Part shown: piece after piece, positions 19,152-28,360 of the stretch | Position numbering within the stretch: the first letter of the stretch is position 1 | Layout of the letters: each line of letters begins with the position of its first letter | NCBI GenBank assembly: GCA_965199715.1 | Contig: OZ241322.1 | Span: 832,001 to 896,000 of the forward strand | Source: Vicinamibacteria bacterium | GTDB taxonomy: Bacteria > Acidobacteriota > Vicinamibacteria > Marinacidobacterales > Marinacidobacteraceae | Direction: 5' to 3' | DNA: 64,000 bases | The notes under the pieces: model-generated | Told to the model about the DNA's origin: nothing | Databases searched by the model: none | The model's input: only the letters and a program-made list of their open reading frames with translations | Program-made: the position numbers and the translations under genes

Positions 19152-20442
19152 CAGTTCCGGCGGGGCCGGTGGATCGGCAGGCCGCCCCTGGCGTCGAGCG
19201 AGACCGCGGGGAACAGCTCCATCTCGTAGCCGGCGGGCAGCTCGGCCCGCCGGTCCTGGCCCATCCGCGCCATCATCGGACGAATCGCCATGAGCGAGAA
19301 CCGGTCGCCGACGCGCTGGCGCGACCCGCCGCCGAAGCGAAAGAAGGCGAACCGGGGGAGGGACTCGCGATACCCGGGAACCCAGCGGCCGGGGCGGAAT
19401 TCGAGCGGGTCGTCGAACCAGCGCGGGTCCCGCTGGACGGCGAGCTGCGACGCGCGCACGAGCGCGCCCGCCGGATCGTGGAACCGCCCAGCTCGAACGG
19501 CTCCTTCACGCCCCGCAACGCCAGCCAGGTCCATGAGCAGAGCCGCAGGGTCTCGGTGACGATGCGCGCCGTGAACGGCGGATCGGGCAAGTCCGCGACG
19601 GTGGGGCGCCGACCGCCGAGAACGTCGTCCAGCTCGGCGTGGAGCCGCGCCTGGATCTCCGGGTGGGCCGCCAGCGCGTACCAGTTCCACATCAGCGCCG
19701 AGGAGGTCGTGGAGACGCCGGCGGTGCACATGGTCATCGCCTCGTTCCGGACCTGGCGTTCGCTCATCGCCCCGCCGTCGCCGCCGTCCTCGTTCTCGTA
19801 CCGGAGGCCGAGCGGCATGCCGGGCATGTCCTCCCCACGGCGTCCGCTGCAGCGGCGCGATGGAACCGACGCACCGCCGGAAGCGGCCAGCGCGCGGCCG
19901 CCATGCCGAAGACCGCCCGGCGGCGAAGGAACGCGGACGCTCGCCGGGAGGCGTCGGTCAGCTCCTTCACTTCCGCGTCCAGCTCGCCGCCGAGGATGGC
20001 CCGCACGATCGTGCGCTTTCCGTGGACATGACGAACCGCGAGCCGTCCGCTGCCGCCGACCACCGCCGCGACTGCTCCCCGGCCTGGGCGACCACGTCGT
20101 CGGCGTACGTGGCGACGTGAGCGCGATGGAACTTCGGCGCGATGACCTTGCGATCGCGCATGTGGTCGGGCTCGTTGGCGGGGAGGAGCCCGTTCCCGAG
20201 GTCAGCGTGAGCGCGTCGAGAATCCGGCGACGCATCGTCTTCGGGCGTCGAAGGGTGGCCAGCTCCTTGACGAGCGCCGGATGGCTCACCAGGACGTCCA
20301 ACTGCGGCTTCGCGAGGACGGTCGCGACGTCGCCGCAGGCGGCCACGTCCTGGAGGCGTCCGATCGGGTCGCGGACCATCCGGAGGACGTTCCGGATCGC
20401 CGGGAGCCGCGACGGGGGAGCGGGAGGAACTCCGGTGGGCAC
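19151..20442 (-). pseudogene. Cytochrome P450, multiply frameshifted, heme-ligand Cys lost
   Basis: I-helix AGVSTT, ETLRL, FRPGRW; heme motif reads FGGGSRQRVG (Cys replaced by Arg); pieces lie in different frames. Confidence 0.85.
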
Positions 20443-20486
20443 GGGGCGCGACGATACACCGAGGGACTGATACCTTCCCGCGCCCG

Positions 20487-21437
20487 ATGGGGAAAACGCT
20501 CGCGCTCGCGCTCGCGCTCGCCGGCTGCGGCGGCGGCGGAGGCGGCGCGTTCCCGGACCGACCGATCCAGATCGTCTCGTGGGCCACCCCCGGCGGACCG
20601 AGCGACCTGCTCGCCCGGGCGCTCGCCGAGTCCGTTCCGGAGCACTTCGGCGGGCAGCGGGCGAGCGTGGTGACCCGTCAGGGCGGCGCGGGGGCGATGG
20701 GGATGCAGTACCTGCGGGGACGGGAGGGCGACCCGCACGTGCTCGGAGTCTTCACGGCGAGCGGCACGGTGAACATGGCCACCGGGCGGATTCCCTTCCG
20801 CCCGGCGGATTTCACTCCGATCCTGCGCATCCAGACCGATCCGTTCCTCGTGGCGGTGCGCGCCGACAGTCCGTTCCGGACGCTTCCCGAGTTCTTCGAG
20901 GCGGCGCGGCGGGAGCCGGGATCGGTCTCGGCGTCCGGGTTCGGCTCGGCGTCGGCGCACTTCCTCGGCTTCGCCCGGCTTCTCGAGGCGGCCGGCGGCC
21001 CGGACGTGCGCTGGATCGCCTACGAGGGCTCGGGAGACGCGGTGGTGGCGGCGCTCGGCGGCCATGTGGACGCCGCGCACACGAACTACAACATCGTGCG
21101 CGAGCACCTGCGGGCGGGCTCGATGCGGGTGCTCGCGATCGCCGACGCGCTGCCCGCGCTCCCCGACGCGCCGTCCTACGCCGACCTCGGGTTCGACCTG
21201 GCGCCGGCGCACTGGCGCGGCGTCGTCGGCCCGCCGGGGCTCGATCCGGCGATCCGGGCGGATCTCCGCGAGCGCCTGCTCCGGACGATCCGCTCCCCCG
21301 AGTTCGCCGCCTACATGGAGACCGCGGCGATGGAGTACGCCGTGCTCGGCGACGCCGACGCCTTCGGCGCGTGGATGGAGGAGGAGGTCGCGGCGAGCGC
21401 CGAACTGCTCGCCCGGTTGGGACTGGCGGGTGAGTGA
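20487..21437 (+). CDS. tctC: Tripartite tricarboxylate transporter substrate-binding lipoprotein TctC/Bug
   Basis: Lipobox LAGC; PGGPSD, GGAGA and ALGGHVD motifs. Confidence 0.88.
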   Translation: MGKTLALALALAGCGGGGGGAFPDRPIQIVSWATPGGPSDLLARALAESVPEHFGGQRASVVTRQGGAGAMGMQYLRGREGDPHVLGVFTASGTVNMATGRIPFRPADFTPILRIQTDPFLVAVRADSPFRTLPEFFEAARREPGSVSASGFGSASAHFLGFARLLEAAGGPDVRWIAYEGSGDAVVAALGGHVDAAHTNYNIVREHLRAGSMRVLAIADALPALPDAPSYADLGFDLAPAHWRGVVGPPGLDPAIRADLRERLLRTIRSPEFAAYMETAAMEYAVLGDADAFGAWMEEEVAASAELLARLGLAGE

Positions 21438-21834
21438 GCGGCTGGAAGCCGGGGCGCTCGCGCTGGTCGCGTCCGGAGTCCTCGCCGCGTCCTTCGGCTG
21501 GCCGGCGCCGCTGACGCCGGGAGTTCCCGGTCCGGCGTTCTTTCCGCGCCTCGTCGCGGCGCTGCTGCTCGTCTGCGCCCTCGGCCTCCTTCGCCGGAAG
21601 GGACGGCCCGCCGAGCCGCTCGGGCGCAACCGGATCCTCGCCGCGCTCGGGATCGCCGGATTCCTCCTGGCCGCGCCGTGGATGAGCGCGCTCCTCGCGC
21701 TGCCGCCGCTCGTGGCCGGGCTGATGTGGCTCGCCGGCGAGCGCTCGCCGGCGCTCCTCGCCGGGGTCTCGATCGGCTTCGCCGGGGCGGCGCACCTCCT
21801 CTTCGCCGTCGCGCTCGGCGTTCCCCTGCCCTGA
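21430..21834 (+). CDS. tctB: Tripartite tricarboxylate transporter small permease TctB
   Basis: GPAFFP and C-terminal LGVPLP; hydrophobic; between tctC and tctA. Confidence 0.8.
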   Translation: MSERLEAGALALVASGVLAASFGWPAPLTPGVPGPAFFPRLVAALLLVCALGLLRRKGRPAEPLGRNRILAALGIAGFLLAAPWMSALLALPPLVAGLMWLAGERSPALLAGVSIGFAGAAHLLFAVALGVPLP

Positions 21835-23291
21835 TGGAGGGTCTTCTCGCCGCGTTCGAGCCGGCGCATCTCGCGGTCATCCTCGCCGGATGCGTGATCG
21901 GGGTCTTCGCCGGCGCGGTTCCCGGGCTCAGCTCCACCGTCGGCCTCGCGCTGGTGCTGCCGCTCACGTTCGCGCTGGAGCCGGTTCCGGCGCTCCTCAT
22001 GATGATCTCGATCTACATGGCGGCGGAGTACGGGGGATCCATCACCGCGGTCGCGATCGGCGTTCCCGGCAGCCCGCCCGCGCTCGCGACGACGTTCGAC
22101 GGGTACGCCATGACGCGGAGCGGCGAGGCCGGACGCGCGCTCGGGGTCTCGCTCTTCTCGTCGATGTGCGGCGGCTTCCTCGGGACGCTCCTGCTCGTGG
22201 CCGCGCTCGGGCCGCTGTCGCGCGCGGCGCTCGCGTTCGGCCCGCCCGAGTACTTCGGACTCGGCGTCTTCGGGCTCGCCATCGTCGCGAACCTCGTCGG
22301 AAAGGACCCGCTGCGCGGCGTCGCGAGCGCGCTCCTCGGCCTCGTCGCCTTCGTCGTCGGGCTCGACGTGCTCACCGGCGCGCCCCGGCTCACCTTCGGC
22401 TCCACCGCGCTCATGGACGGGTTCGGCCTGGTGCCGATGCTGATCGGCTTCTTCGCGATCGCGGAGGCGCTCTCGGCGATGGGGCGGTCCGGGGCCGGGG
22501 GCGAACGCCCACGGATCGAGGGCGGCCTGCCGCGGCTGCGCGAGCTGCTTCGCCTCGGCCCCTCCATCCTGCGCGGCTCGGCGATCGGCGGCGTCGTCGG
22601 CGCGATCCCCGGGGCCGGCGCGACGATCGCCTCCATCGTCGCGTGGAACGAGGAGCGCCGCCTCTCCCGGGAGCCGGAGCGCTTCGGCAAGGGCGACCCC
22701 CGCGGGATCGCCGCGCCCGAGGCCGCGAACAACGCCTGCGTGGGCGCCGCGATGATCCCGCTGCTCGCGCTCGGGGTGCCCGGCTCGGCGAGCGCCGCGG
22801 TGCTGCTCGGCGGGCTGACGATGCAAGGCGTCGCGCCCGGGCCGCTGCTGCTGACCGAGCGGGCGGACCTCGTCCATACGCTCTACGCCGGGTTCCTGAT
22901 CGCGGTCGTCTTCATGCTCGCGGTCGGCCGGCTCGGCATTCCGTTCTGGGTCCGGGTGGTGCGGCTGCGCCCGTCGGTGCTCATGCCGGTCGTGGCCGCG
23001 ATCTCGCTCGTGGGCGCGTTCGCGGTGCGCGGGAACCTCGCGGACGCCTGGTTCGCGCTCTTGTTCGGCGTGGTCGGGTTCCTGATGGAGCGGCGCGGGT
23101 ACCCGCTCGCCCCGGCGATTCTCGGATTCATCCTCGGCCCGATGGTGGAGATGAACTACCGCCGCTCGCTGGCGCTCTCCTCGGGATCGCACGGCGTGTT
23201 CCTCGACAGCCCGATCGCGCTGGTCCTGCTGCTTCTCGCCGCCGCCAGCTTCGCCGCCCCGCTCGTCCGCCGGCGGCTCCGGGCGCGCTGA
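21834..23291 (+). CDS. tctA: Tripartite tricarboxylate transporter large permease TctA
   Basis: GAVPGL, YGGSITA..GVPG, APEAANNA and LGFILGP. Confidence 0.92.
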   Translation: MEGLLAAFEPAHLAVILAGCVIGVFAGAVPGLSSTVGLALVLPLTFALEPVPALLMMISIYMAAEYGGSITAVAIGVPGSPPALATTFDGYAMTRSGEAGRALGVSLFSSMCGGFLGTLLLVAALGPLSRAALAFGPPEYFGLGVFGLAIVANLVGKDPLRGVASALLGLVAFVVGLDVLTGAPRLTFGSTALMDGFGLVPMLIGFFAIAEALSAMGRSGAGGERPRIEGGLPRLRELLRLGPSILRGSAIGGVVGAIPGAGATIASIVAWNEERRLSREPERFGKGDPRGIAAPEAANNACVGAAMIPLLALGVPGSASAAVLLGGLTMQGVAPGPLLLTERADLVHTLYAGFLIAVVFMLAVGRLGIPFWVRVVRLRPSVLMPVVAAISLVGAFAVRGNLADAWFALLFGVVGFLMERRGYPLAPAILGFILGPMVEMNYRRSLALSSGSHGVFLDSPIALVLLLLAAASFAAPLVRRRLRAR

Positions 23292-23312
23292 ACCCGCTGG
23301 TACGCTTTGGAA

Positions 23313-24689
23313 ATGAGCGAAACGCGCCGCGCGGCGGACTTCATCCTCGGAGCCCGCCTGGCGGACTTTCCGGCGGCGCTCGTCGCCGAGGGACGCCGCT
23401 GCGTGACCGACGGCGCCGGCGTGCTGCTCGCCGGGGCTACCGAACGCGCCTCGCGGATCGTCCAGAAGCAGATCCGCGACCAGGGCGGCAAGCCCGAAGC
23501 GCAGGTGTTCGGCGCGGGGGGCCTCCGGGCGCCGGCGTCGCTCGCCGCCCGCGCCAACGGGACCGCCGGGCACGCGATGGACTTCGACGACACCCAGTTG
23601 TCCACCGCTCCCGACCGCATCTTCGGGCTGCTCACCCATCCCACGGTCGCGCCGCTCGCGGCCGGGCTCGCGGTCGCCGAACGCGAGGACGCGAGCGGCG
23701 CGGCGCTGCTGGAGGCGTTCCTGATCGGGTTCGAGGTGGAGTGCAAGATCGCGGAGGCCATCCATCCGCGGCATTACGGCGAGGGGTTCCACACCACCGC
23801 CACGATCGGCGCGTTCGGCGCGGCCGCGACCGCCGCCCGGCTCGCCGGGCTGGACCGCCCGCAGGTCGAGATGGCGCTCGCCGTCACGGCGAGCCTGTCG
23901 TCGGGGATCCGGCTCGGCTTCGGCACGATGACGAAGCCGCTCCACGCGGGCCGGGCGGCCGAGAACGGGGTGCTCGCGGCGGACCTCGCGGCCCGGGGGT
24001 TCACCTCGGGGAACGAGGCGCTGGAAGGGACGTGGGGGTTCTTCCGGGTCTTCGGCGGCGGGTTCGACGCCGAGCGGCTCGCGTACGGCGATCCGTGGAC
24101 GCTGCTCGACCCCGGGGTCTCGGTGAAGCCGTACCCGTCGGGGAGCCTCGGCCACCCGAGCGTCGCCGCGATGCTCGCGCTGGTTCGGGAGCGCGACGTC
24201 GCTCCCGACGCGGTCGAGCGAATCACGTTCCGCGCCGGACGCAACATCCTGAATCCGCTCCGCTACCTCGACCCGCAGACGCCGCTGGAGGCGAAGTTCT
24301 CGATTCCGTTCGTGATGGCGGCGGCCGTGCTCCGCCGGCGGGTCGGCGTCCACGAGTTCGACGGGGGCTTCGTCCGCTCCGCCGAGGCGCGGGCGCTGAT
24401 GGCGCGGGTGGACGTCCAGTTCGACGCCGCGATCGACGCCGAGGGCTACGACCGGATGCGCAGCGCCATCGACGTGCGGCTGAAGGACGGAACCGAGCTC
24501 CGCACCCGCGCCGACGCCTATCCGGGCGGGCCGGAGCGCCCGCTCACGCCGGACGAACTCGCGGCCAAGTTCCGGGAATGCGCGGCGCTCGCGCTGCCCG
24601 AGGAGCGGGTGGAGCCGGCGCTCGGCCTCGTCGCCGAAGTGGACCGGGTTCCCCGGGCGGCCGACCTCGCGGCCGGGCTCGAGCCATGA
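23313..24689 (+). CDS. MmgE/PrpD family protein
   Basis: HAMDFDD, HP, GFHTT, GTMTKPLHAG, KPYPS and EAKFS. Confidence 0.9.
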   Translation: MSETRRAADFILGARLADFPAALVAEGRRCVTDGAGVLLAGATERASRIVQKQIRDQGGKPEAQVFGAGGLRAPASLAARANGTAGHAMDFDDTQLSTAPDRIFGLLTHPTVAPLAAGLAVAEREDASGAALLEAFLIGFEVECKIAEAIHPRHYGEGFHTTATIGAFGAAATAARLAGLDRPQVEMALAVTASLSSGIRLGFGTMTKPLHAGRAAENGVLAADLAARGFTSGNEALEGTWGFFRVFGGGFDAERLAYGDPWTLLDPGVSVKPYPSGSLGHPSVAAMLALVRERDVAPDAVERITFRAGRNILNPLRYLDPQTPLEAKFSIPFVMAAAVLRRRVGVHEFDGGFVRSAEARALMARVDVQFDAAIDAEGYDRMRSAIDVRLKDGTELRTRADAYPGGPERPLTPDELAAKFRECAALALPEERVEPALGLVAEVDRVPRAADLAAGLEP

Positions 24690-26548
24690 GATTCGCAAGC
24701 CTGCTGCTGCTCGCCGTCGGGTGCGGCGGCGGAGCGTACGAGGCGCTGAAGGTCGAGGACGGCCTGATGCTCCCGATGCGCGACGGGGTGCGCCTCGCCA
24801 CCGACGTGTACCGCCCGGCGCGGGGCGGCGAGCCGGCGAACGACGCGTTCCCGGCGCTGCTCCACCGCACGCCCTACGACCGGACCTCGGAGCGCCTCTC
24901 CGAGCAGGCGCGGTACTTCGCGACCCAGGGGTACGTCGTGATCGTCCAGGACATGCGCGGCCTCTACGGCTCGGAGGGCACGTTCCAGAAGTACCACGAG
25001 TTCGACGCCCCCGACGGCTACGACACGGTCGCGTGGGCCGCCGGGCTCGACTACGCGCTGCCGTCCGTCGGGATGTGGGGGACGTCCTACGGGGCGCACA
25101 CCCAGGCTGACGCCGCCAAGCTGGACCCGCCCGGCCTCGCGGCGCTCGTCCTGACGATGGGCGGGCTGTCGGACTCCTGGACCCACAAGGTGCGCAACCA
25201 CGGGGCCTTCGAGCTGGGCCAGCAGCTCGGCTGGGCGCACAGCCAGCTCGCCGCGGCTTCGGACGACCCGGAGCTGCGGGCGCGGCTCCGGGAGGAACCG
25301 GCGTCCGACTGGTTCCCGAGCGCGCCCTTCCGCAAGGGCGAGAACCCGCTGGCCGCCGCCCCCAACTTCGAGGACTACTACCTCGAGATGCAGAATCGGG
25401 GCGAGTACGACGAGTACTTCCGCGGAATCGGCCGCAACTGGACCGAGTACTACGACCAGACCGCGGACGTCCCGATGATGCACGTCGGCGGCTGGTACGA
25501 CTCGTACGCGCCGGGGACGATCCAGAGCTTCGTGGAGCTCTCCCGGCGGAAGGAATCGCCCATGACGCTGCTCATGGGGCCGTGGACGCACGCGGCGACG
25601 ACGCGCTCGCACGCCGGGGACGTCGAGTTCGGCGCGGACGCCGCGATCCCCGACTTCGCCCGCGAGTTCCACGCGCGCTGGTTCGACTGGAAGCTGAAGG
25701 ACCAACCCCCCGAGGACGTTCCGCCCCCGGTGCGGCTCTTCGTGATGGGCGGCGGCGACGGCCGCCGCGACGAAGACGGCCGGATCTTCCACGGCGGGCG
25801 CTGGATCGCGGCGGAGTCGTGGCCGCTCGAGGACGCAGTCGCGACCGCCTTCCACCTTCGCGGCGGCGGCGGCCTCACGCTCGAGGCGCCGGGCGACGAC
25901 GAGGGGTCCAGCGGCTTCGCGTTCGACCCGGCGCATCCGGTCCCGACCATCGGCGGCGCGTTCTCGGGGGCGCTCAAGCGCGGCGGATTCGACCAGCGGG
26001 AGCGGACGTTCCGCTCGCTCGGCGGCGGCTCGGAGAACGGCTTCTTCGGGTCCGAGGCGGACGGACGGCGGACCGCCGACCGCCCGGACGTGCTCGTCTT
26101 CGAGACCGAGCCGCTCGAGGAGGACGTGGAGGTCGTCGGGCCGGTCTCGCTGCGGCTGTGGGCGTCATCCAGCGCGAAGGACACCGATTTCACCGCGAAG
26201 CTCGTGGACGTCTATCCGGCGAGCGACGACTGGCCCGACGGGTTCGACCTGAACGTCACCGACGGGATCCTGCGGACGCGCTACCGCGACTCGCGGGATG
26301 CGCCCGCCTTTCTCGAGCCGGGCGAGGTCGTGGAGATGGAGATCGCGCTGTTCCCGACCGCCAACCGGTTTCAGGCGGGGCATCGGATCCGGGTGGAGGT
26401 CTCCAGCTCCAACTACCCGCGGTTCGACGTGAACCCGAACACCGGCGAGCCGCTCGGGCGGCACACCGGAATGGTCGTCGCGGACAACCGGGTGCACCAC
26501 TCGGTCGTGCGTCCTTCCGCCCTGATCCTGCCGATCCGCAGGCCCTGA
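24686..26548 (+). CDS. CocE/NonD family hydrolase (probable lipoprotein)
   Basis: MRDGVRLATDVY, RTPY, GTSYG nucleophile, GGWYD, GPWTH and SSNYPRFDVNPN; AVGC lipobox. Confidence 0.9.
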   Translation: MRFASLLLLAVGCGGGAYEALKVEDGLMLPMRDGVRLATDVYRPARGGEPANDAFPALLHRTPYDRTSERLSEQARYFATQGYVVIVQDMRGLYGSEGTFQKYHEFDAPDGYDTVAWAAGLDYALPSVGMWGTSYGAHTQADAAKLDPPGLAALVLTMGGLSDSWTHKVRNHGAFELGQQLGWAHSQLAAASDDPELRARLREEPASDWFPSAPFRKGENPLAAAPNFEDYYLEMQNRGEYDEYFRGIGRNWTEYYDQTADVPMMHVGGWYDSYAPGTIQSFVELSRRKESPMTLLMGPWTHAATTRSHAGDVEFGADAAIPDFAREFHARWFDWKLKDQPPEDVPPPVRLFVMGGGDGRRDEDGRIFHGGRWIAAESWPLEDAVATAFHLRGGGGLTLEAPGDDEGSSGFAFDPAHPVPTIGGAFSGALKRGGFDQRERTFRSLGGGSENGFFGSEADGRRTADRPDVLVFETEPLEEDVEVVGPVSLRLWASSSAKDTDFTAKLVDVYPASDDWPDGFDLNVTDGILRTRYRDSRDAPAFLEPGEVVEMEIALFPTANRFQAGHRIRVEVSSSNYPRFDVNPNTGEPLGRHTGMVVADNRVHHSVVRPSALILPIRRP

Positions 26549-26551
26549 GCC

Positions 26552-26923
26552 GTGCCGCTGCGGTTCAACCCGATCCCGTGGACGCCGACCTGCGTGACGA
26601 GCCGGAACGCCCGGGCGCGATGGCAGCGGATCCGGCCGCTGGACGCCGGGAGCGACCCGGAGGCGACGTTCCGGCTGCTGCGAACGGTGCTGGCCGGGAT
26701 GAAGGGCGCGACGGTCGAGGACGCGACCGACGAGGTCCTCCACGCGGTGTTCCGCACGCCGCTCGGGTTCCGCGACGACGTGGAGTGCGCGGTCGCCCGG
26801 GAGGAGTGCGTCATCCACGTGCGCTCGACGTCCCGCATCGCGCCGATCTGGGACTTCGGCGCGAACCGCCGGCGGGTCGAGGCGATCCGCCGGCGGCTGC
26901 GGAACCAGCGCCGTTCCGGGTAG
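26552..26923 (+). CDS. DUF1499 family protein
   Basis: P.TP.CVTS, GFRDDVE, IHVRS.SR and DFGANRRR. Confidence 0.75.
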   Translation: MPLRFNPIPWTPTCVTSRNARARWQRIRPLDAGSDPEATFRLLRTVLAGMKGATVEDATDEVLHAVFRTPLGFRDDVECAVAREECVIHVRSTSRIAPIWDFGANRRRVEAIRRRLRNQRRSG

Positions 26924-27383
26924 AGCGGAATCCCGCCCTTCGCCCGGAGGGTGAGCATCGGCTCCCGCTCGCGGGCGCGGGCGTGCCGGACCATGGCCTC
27001 GGCGTAGCCCTCGATCCGGCGGCGGTGGAACTGCGGCTGGATCATCCGGCGGTGGCGCAGGTGGGCGGGCTCCTCCGCGGTCAGCAGGCCGTCGCCGCGC
27101 ACCCGGCGGAGCGTCTCGAACGTCCATGGGCGCCGGAGCTTGCGGGCGTTGTTGACGATCGCCTCCTTGATGAGCTCCGGCTCGCTCACCTGGACGACGA
27201 CCGCCGGCTTCGTGGCCATCGCGAGAGATCGCGGTGCGTCGCCGTCTCCTGCATCAACCGGAGCGGGTCGCGGATCAGCCGCAACAGGTTGCCCACGACG
27301 GGGAGCTCCTCAGGTCCGGGCGGCAGTTCGCTGCGTTGGCCCCTCGGGCGGGGGATGTGCGCCGAGGCTTCCGGAGCGGACAT
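26909..27383 (-). pseudogene. Cytochrome P450 remnant (N-terminus joined to extreme C-terminus)
   Basis: PPGP..LPVVGNL, GDGLLTAE...HLRHRRMIQPQF joined directly to PMLTLRAKGGIP; frameshift near 27225. Confidence 0.75.
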
Positions 27384-27511
27384 GCGTCGAAAACGCCGTG
27401 TCACATTCGCGCCGGTACAATGTTCGCGATTTCCTGACCTGGACCGCCCGATCGCTTCCCGGACTGGCGGCGACGCAGGATGGGTCTGCGCACAACCACC
27501 GAAGCACCGAC

Positions 27512-28338
27512 ATGTCCGATCATCGGATCGCGCCTCACGGCGGCGCCCTCAAGGATCTCGCCGCAGGCGGCGACCGCGCCGCCGCGCTGAAGGCGGAGTC
27601 CCGCGACTGGCCGTCGCTGGACCTCACGCCCCGCCAGTCGGGCGACCTCGAGCCGCTGATCGGCGGCGGCTTCTCGCCGCTCGCCGGCTTCCTCGGCTGC
27701 GCCAGCGCCTCGCGACCGGCCGGGCGATCCCCGAGCGGTTCACCTTCCCCGACGTGGCCGAGGAGCTGCGCCGCCGCCACCCGCCGCGCGAACGGCAGGG
27801 AGTCACGGTCTTCTTCACCGGGCTCTCGGGCTCCGGCATATCGACCACTGCGAACGCGCCGGTCGTGAAGTTCCTCGAGTTCGGCGGGCGGCCGGTCGCG
27901 CTGCTGGACGGCGACCTCGTCCGCAAGAACCTCGCGAGCGAGCTCGGCTTCTCGAAGGAGCACCGGAACATCAACATCCGGCGGATCGGCTGGGTCGCCT
28001 GCGAGATCGCGAAGAACGGCGGCGTCGCCATCTGCGCCCCGATCGCGCCGTACGACGGCGTCCGCAAGGACGTCCGCTCGATGGCGGATCCCGCGGGCGG
28101 CTTCGTGCCGGTCCACGTGGACACGCCGATCGAGGCGTGCGAGCAGCGGGACCGGAAGGGGCCCCATGCCAAGGCGCGGGCCGGCGTCATCGAGGAGTTC
28201 ACCGGAATCCCGGATCCGTACGAGACGCCCGAGGACGCGGAGCTCGGGATCGACACGACCGCGCTCACGCCGGACGAGGCCGCCCAGCGCATCATCCTGT
28301 TCCTCGAGCGGGAGGGGTACGTCGGCGCAGCGGACTGA
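27512..28338 (+). pseudogene. cysC: Bifunctional sulfate adenylyltransferase/APS kinase (sat-cysC) with large internal deletion
   Basis: ATP sulfurylase N-terminus (APHGG...GGFSPLAGF) jumps out of frame near 27697 to the end of that domain and the APS kinase; P-loop reads GLSGSGIST (Lys lost). Confidence 0.82.
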
Positions 28339-28360
28339 TCCCCGCCGGGAGCGCCGCTAC

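Noticed and set aside
19151-19400. FMN riboswitch upstream of ribE (or of ribD)
   Set aside because: Upstream DNA is P450 or cysC coding remnant; no RFN consensus recognised
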